Shown in pieces: positions 1 through 7,359 of a stretch of 64,000 nt of DNA. Made by a program: the position numbers and the translations under genes. Positions within the stretch are counted from its first letter, which is position 1, and the number at the start of each line of letters is the position of its first letter. Origin of the DNA: Escherichia coli. GTDB lineage: Bacteria; Pseudomonadota; Gammaproteobacteria; Enterobacterales; Enterobacteriaceae. The notes beneath the pieces were generated by a model. That model had not been told where the DNA came from. It saw only the letters and a program-made list of their open reading frames with translations, and searched no databases. The stretch lies in the NCBI RefSeq assembly GCF_044324785.1, contig NZ_CP172127.1; one strand, 5' to 3'.

Positions 1-2301
1 ATGGCCGTTAAAGCCTCCGGGCGTTTTGTCCCTCCGTCAGCATTTGCCGCAGGCACCGGTAAGGCGTTTACCGGTGCTTATGCATGGAACGCGCCACGCG
101 AGGCTGTCGGGCGCGAAAGACCCCTTACACGTGACGAGATGCGTCAGGTGCAAGGTGTTTTATCCACGATTAACCGCCTGCCTTACTTTTTGCGCTCGCT
201 GTTTACTTCACGCTATGACTACATCCGGCGCAATAAAAGCCCGGTGCACGGGTTTTATTTCCTCACATCCACTTTTCAGCGTCGTTTATGGCCGCGCATT
301 GAGCGTGTGAATCAGCGCCATGAAATGAACACCGACGCGTCGTTGCTGTTTCTGGCAGAGCGTGACCACTATGCGCGCCTGCCGGGAATGAATGACAAGG
401 AGCTGAAAAAGTTTGCTGCCCGTATCTCATCGCAGCTTTTCATGATGTATGAGGAACTCTGCGATGCCTGGGTGGATGCGCATGGCGAAAAAGAATCGCT
501 GTTTACGGATGAGGCGCAGGCACATCTGTATGGTCATGTTGCTGGCGCTGCACGTGCTTTCAATATTTCCCCGCTTTACTGGAAAAAATACCGTAAAGGG
601 CAGATGACCACGAGGCAGGCATATTCTGCCATTGCCCGCCTGTTTAACGATGAGTGGTGGACTCATCAGCTTAAAGGCCAGCGTATGCGCTGGCATGAGG
701 CGTTACTGATTGCTGTCGGGGAGGTCAATAAAGACCGTTCTCCTTATGCCAGTAAACATGCCATTCGTGATGTGCGTGCGCGCCGCCAGGCAAATCTGGA
801 ATTTCTTAAATCGTGTGACCTTGAAAACAAGGAAACCGGCGAGCGCATCGACCTTATCAGTAAGGTGATGGGCAGTATTTCTAATCCAGAAATTCGCCGG
901 ATGGAGCTGATGAACACCATCGCCGGTATTGAGCGTTACGCCGCCGCAGAGGGTGATGTAGGGATGTTTATCACGCTGACCGCGCCGTCAAAGTATCACC
1001 CGACACGTCAGGTCAGAAAAGGCGAAAGTAAAACCGTCCAGCTAAATCACGGCTGGAACGATGAGGCATTTAATCCAAAGGATGCGCAGCGTTATCTCTG
1101 CCGTATCTGGAGCCTGATGCGCACGGCATTCAAGGATAATGATTTACAGGCCTACGGTTTGCGTGTTGTTGAACCACACCACGACGGAACGCCGCACTGG
1201 CATATGATGCTTTTTTGTAATCCACGCCAGCGTAACCAGATTATTGAAATCATGCGTCGCTACGCGCTCAAAGAGGATGGCGACGAAAGAGGAGCTGCGC
1301 GAAACCGTTTTCAGGCAAAACACCTTAACCGGGGCGGTGCTGCGGGATATATCGCGAAATACATCTCAAAAAACATCGACGGCTATGCACTGGATGGTCA
1401 GCTCGATAATGATACCGGTAGACCGCTGAAAGACACAGCTGCGGCTGTTACCGCATGGGCGTCAACGTGGCGCATTCCGCAATTTAAAACGGTTGGTCTG
1501 CCGACAATGGGGGCTTACCGTGAACTACGCAAATTGCCTCGCGGCGTCAGCATTGCTGATGAGTTTGACGAGCGCGTCGAGGCTGCACGCGCCGCTGCAG
1601 ACAGTGGTGATTTTGCGTTGTATATCAGCGCGCAGGGCGGGGCAAATGTCCCGCGCGATTGCCAGACTGTCAGGGTCGCCCGTAGCCCGTCGGATGACGT
1701 TAACGAGTACGAGGAAGAAGTCGAGAGAGTGGTCGGCATTTACGCGCCGCATCTCGGCGCGCGTCATATTCATATCACCAGAACGACGGACTGGCGCATT
1801 GTTCCGAAAGTGCCGGTCGTTGAGCCTTTGACTTTAAAAAGCGGCATCGCCGCGCCTCGGAGTCCTGTCAATAACTGTGGAAAGCTCACCGGTGGTGATA
1901 CTTCGTTACCGGCTCCCACACCTTCTGAGCACGCCGCAGCAGTGCTTAATCTGGTTGATGACGGTGTTATTGAATGGAATGAACCGGAGGTCGTGAGGGC
2001 GCTCAGGGGCGCATTAAAACACGGCCTGAGAAGACCAAACCGTCAGCAAAGAAACGGAAGCCCGTTAAAACCGCATGAAATAGCGCCATCGGCCAGACTG
2101 ACCCGGTCGGAACGAATGCAAATTACCCGTATCCGCGTTGACCTTGCTCAGAACGGTATCAGGCCACAGCGATGGGAGCTTGAGGCGCTGGCGCGTGGTG
2201 CGATGGTGATATTCGATGATAAAAAATATAAGTATGTGGCAAGTAATGTCGATGAGTGGCAGGGTTTTAGTAATGAGTACTTCAGCAAAGAGCTCAAGTA
2301 A
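1..2301 (+). CDS. A: P2-type replication initiator, rolling-circle nicking endonuclease gpA (766 aa)
   Basis: ORF starts with ATG at position 1. HUH-type motif PHWHMML and tyrosine pair GYIAKYISK are visible in the translation. Colinear with the downstream P2-like gene set. Promoter lies outside the window. Confidence 0.9.
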   Translation: MAVKASGRFVPPSAFAAGTGKAFTGAYAWNAPREAVGRERPLTRDEMRQVQGVLSTINRLPYFLRSLFTSRYDYIRRNKSPVHGFYFLTSTFQRRLWPRIERVNQRHEMNTDASLLFLAERDHYARLPGMNDKELKKFAARISSQLFMMYEELCDAWVDAHGEKESLFTDEAQAHLYGHVAGAARAFNISPLYWKKYRKGQMTTRQAYSAIARLFNDEWWTHQLKGQRMRWHEALLIAVGEVNKDRSPYASKHAIRDVRARRQANLEFLKSCDLENKETGERIDLISKVMGSISNPEIRRMELMNTIAGIERYAAAEGDVGMFITLTAPSKYHPTRQVRKGESKTVQLNHGWNDEAFNPKDAQRYLCRIWSLMRTAFKDNDLQAYGLRVVEPHHDGTPHWHMMLFCNPRQRNQIIEIMRRYALKEDGDERGAARNRFQAKHLNRGGAAGYIAKYISKNIDGYALDGQLDNDTGRPLKDTAAAVTAWASTWRIPQFKTVGLPTMGAYRELRKLPRGVSIADEFDERVEAARAAADSGDFALYISAQGGANVPRDCQTVRVARSPSDDVNEYEEEVERVVGIYAPHLGARHIHITRTTDWRIVPKVPVVEPLTLKSGIAAPRSPVNNCGKLTGGDTSLPAPTPSEHAAAVLNLVDDGVIEWNEPEVVRALRGALKHGLRRPNRQQRNGSPLKPHEIAPSARLTRSERMQITRIRVDLAQNGIRPQRWELEALARGAMVIFDDKKYKYVASNVDEWQGFSNEYFSKELK

Positions 2302-2351
2302 TGGTAGAATTAAATATTGTTGTCTAAATATACATATATGGTTAACTGAAC

Positions 2352-3503
2352 ATGAATGTGGTTGATTTATACTCAGGGGTAGGTGGTTTAAGCTTGGGAG
2401 CATCACGGGCAGGCTTTAACTTGGTTGGTGCCGTTGAGTTGGATAAGCATGCAATATTTTCCCATGCTCTTAATTTCCCAAATTCAACACATTTACATAA
2501 AGATGTTAGCAAACTTTCTGCTCATGATATTCTAACAGCTTGTAATGTTAGTAATATTGATTGTGTCATCGGTGGACCACCTTGTCAGGGATTTAGTACA
2601 ATTGGTAAAGGGATGGCTAATGACGTCAGAAATGAATTGTATATTCATTTTTTTAGGTTGGTGAGCGAGTTATCACCTGTTTGTTTCTTGGCAGAGAATG
2701 TTCCTGGGATAATGAATGAAAAATATGATGCAGTTAGAGAAAAAGCATTCTCATTAGTAAAAGACCGATATGTAATATTGAGCCCAATAAAAGTGAATGC
2801 GTCTAATTATGGAGCTCCTACAACTAGAACTAGGATTTTTTTTATCGGATTCAAAAAGGAATTAGCTAATTGTTTAAAAGAATCTGATTTCTTTCCTGTG
2901 CAAGATATTGAGCAAACCTTAGTTAAAGATGCTTTATACGGTATTCCTCGTGTTATAAGAAAAGAATGGCAGCAAGAGGAACAAGGCTGGCGTGAAGTTA
3001 AGATGGATAGGCAAGGATATTTTTTTGATAGACTTTGGAGTAATGTTCCGAATAATGTTGGTGATCCGGAATCTTTAGAAAAATTAAAAAAAGGGTTGGT
3101 CTCCGGTTTCTTGGGAACAATACATACAGATGAGGTTATTAATAGATATAAAAAACTCTCTTTTGGCGAAACTGATAAAATTTCACGATCTCAGAGGTTA
3201 AATCCAAATGGTTTCTGTCCGACGCTAAGGGCTGGAACTGGCAGCGATAAGGGCAGTTATCAAGCAGTTAGGCCGATCCATCCAACGCAGGCTAGAGTTA
3301 TTACTCCACGTGAGGCTGCTCGATTACAAGGTTTTCCTGATTGGTTTAGGTTTCACCCTACTAAGTGGCATAGTTTCAGGCAAATCGGTAATAGCGTTAG
3401 CCCATTAGTAGCTGAAGCTATGCTATTACCGTTATATAAATTATGTCAGTTTTCTAAAGAAGAACTTTCGAATACCACGGAATTACTTTGTAATACTCAA
3501 TAA
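2352..3503 (+). CDS. DNA (cytosine-5)-methyltransferase (383 aa)
   Basis: Canonical C5-MTase motifs in order: motif I DLYSGVGG, motif IV GGPPCQGFS, motif VI FLAENVPG, motif VIII-like TTRTRIFFIG, motif X IGNSVSP. AT-rich relative to flanking phage genes. Starts 51 bp after the gpA stop. Confidence 0.85.
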   Translation: MNVVDLYSGVGGLSLGASRAGFNLVGAVELDKHAIFSHALNFPNSTHLHKDVSKLSAHDILTACNVSNIDCVIGGPPCQGFSTIGKGMANDVRNELYIHFFRLVSELSPVCFLAENVPGIMNEKYDAVREKAFSLVKDRYVILSPIKVNASNYGAPTTRTRIFFIGFKKELANCLKESDFFPVQDIEQTLVKDALYGIPRVIRKEWQQEEQGWREVKMDRQGYFFDRLWSNVPNNVGDPESLEKLKKGLVSGFLGTIHTDEVINRYKKLSFGETDKISRSQRLNPNGFCPTLRAGTGSDKGSYQAVRPIHPTQARVITPREAARLQGFPDWFRFHPTKWHSFRQIGNSVSPLVAEAMLLPLYKLCQFSKEELSNTTELLCNTQ

Positions 3504-3915
3504 AGTTTTTAAGGTTACTATTAGCCTCGGCTTCATCATCTCCAATGTAAAAGCCGAGGTCGTTGGTAATTTCTTCATGGTCTTTTGTAGGAAGTCGTTC
3601 CTCAATAAAGATTCTCTCACGTAAAGACATCGTGGGAACACTAATGTTTTTGACGGTGCCCCAGTCTCCAGAATAAAAGGGCCAAAAATTAATTCGAGAA
3701 TTTTGAAGGAAGCTATCTAATTGCATATCACTGTTTTCGAGAACAATGGCAGTAAAGGTAAGCATTTGCTGACCATCTTTGTAAATAAAATTACATAAAG
3801 GATGGATCATTATATCTGGTCTACCTGTTAATCCAATACTTATGGCACGTTGAGCTGCTTTTATTAAAAGGTGTGGGTACCTTTTAAAAGTGACATCATC
3901 AACAGTTAGATTCAC
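3454..3915 (-). CDS. Hypothetical protein (153 aa), third gene of GHKL-ATPase operon
   Basis: GTG start overlaps the stop of the upstream 177-aa ORF by 4 nt (GTGA). No recognisable motif. 3' end overlaps the MTase 3' end convergently by 50 bp. Confidence 0.55.
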   Translation of the reverse strand: MNLTVDDVTFKRYPHLLIKAAQRAISIGLTGRPDIMIHPLCNFIYKDGQQMLTFTAIVLENSDMQLDSFLQNSRINFWPFYSGDWGTVKNISVPTMSLRERIFIEERLPTKDHEEITNDLGFYIGDDEAEANSNLKNFIEYYKVIPWYSKVLL

Positions 3916-4445
3916 TGGGCAATAATCTTGAGTAAGTAAAGATTGTATTTTTTTAATCGAAAACGCCTAGGGTCTCTTTCTTGAAAATCTCTTCCTAAAG
4001 TTTCAGGAGTTGCATTTAAAGTTATTTTAAATATATCTTTTGGCTTTAACTTACTTACCAATTGAGCAATGTCATTCATTTGCTCATATATTTGGCTTGG
4101 TATGGCATAGTCAAGCCAAATTAGAGAAGGTGCAGCGAAGTCGCTTTGAGTAATAAATTCACTGCTACTTAAAGGTTCTTCTCCTAAATCAATACATGAT
4201 ATAGGTTTGTTAAATTTTTGTCGTTTATGAACGTTAGCATCTACCTCTAGAGAGATCATGTTATTGATTTTTAAAGCATTATGCAGTTGTTTGAAGTCTT
4301 CTAGAAAAGGGCCACCAAACCCGATATAAACATAATCGGATATGTTTACATAGTTGTTGAGTTTTCTGAGCAACTCAATGAATAGATTTCTTTCGACAGC
4401 TTTGTGTTGTCGAAGATGATAAGGAATACTTCCCCCAGTACTCAT
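3912..4445 (-). CDS. Hypothetical protein (177 aa), second gene of GHKL-ATPase operon
   Basis: ATG overlaps the stop of the 488-aa ORF by 4 nt (ATGA). Weak glycine-rich stretch YVYIGFGGPF could be a nucleotide- or SAM-binding loop, but no confident family assignment. Confidence 0.55.
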   Translation of the reverse strand: MSTGGSIPYHLRQHKAVERNLFIELLRKLNNYVNISDYVYIGFGGPFLEDFKQLHNALKINNMISLEVDANVHKRQKFNKPISCIDLGEEPLSSSEFITQSDFAAPSLIWLDYAIPSQIYEQMNDIAQLVSKLKPKDIFKITLNATPETLGRDFQERDPRRFRLKKYNLYLLKIIAQ

Positions 4446-5908
4446 TTTTTTGCCCTCTCTAAAAAATCTTCAAAGCAATAATTACCAATTTCTGTCGGAG
4501 GAACAGAATCATCATCGAAAATGAAAGTGGCAACAGTTTTTATCTCACTCAATCTTCTACTAAATTTTATTTGCTTTAAAGGGTCTGTTTCTTTAGGTAT
4601 TGGCAATGTTGGTTTGAAACTATTCCCACCAATGGATCTATGCACCCGAGACCATTTATCTTCAGGTACTATGCTATCTAGTTTGTCGTTTGTAAGAGGA
4701 ATTGTTTTAGATGTGGAACTAAACATTTGCTGGCGTTCTGGAGAGTTACTTTTCCATCTGTTAGTAAAATCTGTAAATATTTTCAAGCCTTCACGCATGA
4801 AATCTTTAGTAGCCAAATAGATATCAGAATTACCATCAATGCCTCTCTTGGTAGTAGTAATAGGTAATTTTTCAGCTTCATTAGATGTAAAAATAGCTAC
4901 GCCTGCAATTCCAACAAATTGTGTGTGATATTGTGGAACTCCTGCTTCACCCCATCCGGTAAGACGTGTCTTGTCCGCATGAACAACAACACGATCATTG
5001 CAGATAATAGTCCATCCGGCTTTCTCGGAAGTGTTACGTCCAGTAAGGAATGAATTTTCCTCATCTTCTGTCACAAAATCTCTATAGAATCCAACTGCGA
5101 TCTTTATTGAAACTCCATTAGTTTCACCTCTGTAAAAATAAGGCGTGATACCACCTTTTTTCGCTGACACAAGAGCTTCGGTATCGATAATTAATGATGT
5201 CAGATTTGGCTTGACTTCTATATCATTAATATAGACCTTGAAACCTTTATTAAGAATTAGGCTATAATGGTTTGAAACAGAATTGATTAATTTTTGTTGA
5301 AAATCACGATCAACTTTGAAATGGTTTTTTACATCGTCTCTGAGATCGTTAACTATAATTTTTACGCCCGTTGTTTTTAAATCGACATTACCACGTTCGA
5401 GATCTAGTTTCCAGTTTTTATCATTGGATAACCATTCTGGAGAAATTGTAACTTTAAATTCCTCGTCTTTTGTTTTACTTAATACTTGCGATGAAGTGCC
5501 CAACTTAAAAATAGCTCGCTTCATACCTATCCCATAAACACCAATGGTTGGGATATTATCTATGTCTCTTTCATTTGGTCTTCCCATTCGGAAAGCATAG
5601 CTTGTTGCTAAGCTTCCCGAAATTCCGCCACAATTATCTTCAATTGTAAAACCATCTTCATTAAAATTTATTTTTGAGTAAAAACCGTGGTATTTATTTT
5701 CTTCGTTTATTTCTTCATTCGATGATGAAATGGAACGAAGAGCGCCATCAAGACAGTTGTCTAATAAGTCAAGAATAGCATCTTGGAGTTCGATATCCCT
5801 GGTTAACATTTCTACAAAGAAACGTTTTGCAGGAAAAGCTTCGATGATATCGTTTGCCATAGTTATTTTAGTTCCATCTGTGTGATTACTTATAGATATG
5901 TTTACCAT
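4442..5908 (-). CDS. GHKL-superfamily (MutL/GyrB/MORC-like Bergerat fold) ATPase (488 aa)
   Basis: N-box AILDLLDNCLDGA, G1 box IEDNCGGISG and G2 box IGVYGIGMKRA occur in the expected order and spacing in the N-terminal ~130 residues. C-terminal ~350 residues unassigned. First gene of a 3-gene coupled operon. Confidence 0.7.
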   Translation of the reverse strand: MVNISISNHTDGTKITMANDIIEAFPAKRFFVEMLTRDIELQDAILDLLDNCLDGALRSISSSNEEINEENKYHGFYSKINFNEDGFTIEDNCGGISGSLATSYAFRMGRPNERDIDNIPTIGVYGIGMKRAIFKLGTSSQVLSKTKDEEFKVTISPEWLSNDKNWKLDLERGNVDLKTTGVKIIVNDLRDDVKNHFKVDRDFQQKLINSVSNHYSLILNKGFKVYINDIEVKPNLTSLIIDTEALVSAKKGGITPYFYRGETNGVSIKIAVGFYRDFVTEDEENSFLTGRNTSEKAGWTIICNDRVVVHADKTRLTGWGEAGVPQYHTQFVGIAGVAIFTSNEAEKLPITTTKRGIDGNSDIYLATKDFMREGLKIFTDFTNRWKSNSPERQQMFSSTSKTIPLTNDKLDSIVPEDKWSRVHRSIGGNSFKPTLPIPKETDPLKQIKFSRRLSEIKTVATFIFDDDSVPPTEIGNYCFEDFLERAKK

Positions 5909-6136
5909 AAAACAAGGTACAGATCATCGATGTTTAGCACAACATCTTGAGAGTTTCTTGGTAGCATGAGGGGGATTATGCCGCTTATTTTATGATTTTC
6001 AGCTTTGTGCTAATGCATCTAACTGGTGCATGAGTTTGCATTCGCTTTTATTTCAAAGCATGTGGGGGCGTGCTAGTGTTGGTAGAGCTCTGATTTCCTG
6101 ATGCAACTGCATTAAAACCGCCCCATGAAGCGGGCG

Positions 6137-6155
6137 GGCGAGGCGGGGAAAGCAC
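6137..6155. other. cos: P2-type cos site (19-nt cohesive end GGCGAGGCGGGGAAAGCAC)
   Basis: Exact 19-mer present in the GC-rich spacer between the cargo operon and the portal gene Q, where cos lies in P2. The P2 cohesive-end sequence is recalled from memory. Confidence 0.7.
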
Positions 6156-6297
6156 TGCGCGCTGGCGGTGGTGCTGATTTTATTTTTTCAGCGTCTCAGC
6201 GCGTCGTGACGGCGCTTAGTCTGCCCGTTGAGGCGTTGGTGTGTCTGCGGGGTGTTTTGTGCGGTGGTGAGCGTGTGAGGGCGTGATGACGGGGTGT

Positions 6298-6320
6298 AAA
6301 AAAGCCGCCCGCAGGCGGCG
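6298..6320 (-). terminator. Rho-independent terminator downstream of Q
   Basis: Minus-strand hairpin CGCCGCC-TGC-GGGCGGC followed by a T6 run, immediately after the Q stop codon. Confidence 0.65.
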
Positions 6321-6324
6321 ATGT

Positions 6325-7359
6325 TCAGCCGTTGTCAGTGTCCAGTGAGTAGTTTTTAAATCGGATGACCTCCTGACCGAGCCAGCCGTTTATCTCGCGG
6401 ATCCTGTCCTGTAACGGGATAAGCTCATTGCGGACAAAGACCTTTGCCACTTTCTCAATATCACCCAGCGACCCGACGTTCTCCGGCTTGCCGCCCATCA
6501 ACTGAAAGGGGATGCGGTGCGCGTCCAGCAGGTCTGCGGCGCTGGCTTTTTTGATATTAAAAAAATCGTCTTTCGTCGCCACTTCACTGAGCGGGATAAT
6601 TTTAATGCCGTCGGCTTTTCCCTGCGGGGCGTAGAGAAACAGATTTTTAAAGTTGTTGCGGCCTTTCGACTTCACCATGTTTTCGCGGAGCATTTCGATA
6701 TCGTTGCGATCCTGCACGGCGTCGGTGACGTACATGATGTATCCGGCATGTGCGCCGTTTTCGTAATACTTGCGGCGGAACAGCGTGGCCGACTCATTCA
6801 GCCAGGCAGAGTTAAGGGCGCTGAGATATTCCGGCAGGCCGTACAGCTCCTGATTGATATCCGGCTCCAGCAGGTGAAATACGGAGCCGGGCGCGAAGGC
6901 TGTCGGTTCGTTGAAGGACGGCACCCACCAGTAAACATCCTCTTCCACCCCACGGCGGGTATATTTTGCCGGTGAGGTTTCCAGTCTGATGACCTTACCG
7001 GTGGTGCTGTAACGCTTTTCCAGAAACGCATTGCCGAACACCAGAAAATCCAGCACAAAGCGGCTGAAATCCTGCTGGGAAAGCCACGGATGCGGGATAA
7101 ATGTCGAGGCCAGAATATTGCGTTTGACGTAAATCGGTGAGCTGTGATGCACGGCAGCACGCAGACTTTTTGCCAGCCCGGTAAAGCTGACCGGCGGCTC
7201 ATACCATCTGCCGTTACTGATGCATTCGACGTAATCCAGAATGTCACGGCGGTCGAGTACCGGCACCGGCTCGCCAAAGGTGAATGCCTCCATTTTCGGG
7301 GCGCTGGCAGTCATTTTTTTTGCCGCAGGTTGCGGTGTTTTCCCTTTTTTCTTGCTCAT
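6325..7359 (-). CDS. Q: Portal protein gpQ (344 aa)
   Basis: Size, position next to cos and terminase, and sequence are typical of the P2 portal protein. Confidence 0.9.
   Translation of the reverse strand: MSKKKGKTPQPAAKKMTASAPKMEAFTFGEPVPVLDRRDILDYVECISNGRWYEPPVSFTGLAKSLRAAVHHSSPIYVKRNILASTFIPHPWLSQQDFSRFVLDFLVFGNAFLEKRYSTTGKVIRLETSPAKYTRRGVEEDVYWWVPSFNEPTAFAPGSVFHLLEPDINQELYGLPEYLSALNSAWLNESATLFRRKYYENGAHAGYIMYVTDAVQDRNDIEMLRENMVKSKGRNNFKNLFLYAPQGKADGIKIIPLSEVATKDDFFNIKKASAADLLDAHRIPFQLMGGKPENVGSLGDIEKVAKVFVRNELIPLQDRIREINGWLGQEVIRFKNYSLDTDNG

Noticed and set aside
1-310. Small ORFs within gene A (for example 26..310 plus strand, 427..696 minus strand) and concern that A is truncated by the window edge
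   Set aside because: They overlap the A reading frame, which starts with ATG at position 1 and has the length expected for a full-length initiator. Only its promoter is missing from the window.
2302-2351. A specific sigma70 promoter call for the methyltransferase in the A-MTase spacer
   Set aside because: Several weak -35/-10 combinations are possible in this AT-rich 50-bp stretch (TTGTCT/TTAACT, TTAAAT/TACATA and others). None is convincing enough to annotate.
3454-4445. Possibility that the 177-aa and 153-aa ORFs are one gene broken by a frameshift
   Set aside because: Both junctions in the operon are canonical 4-nt start/stop overlaps (ATGA and GTGA), typical of translational coupling rather than decay. 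Kept as two genes, with the alternative noted.
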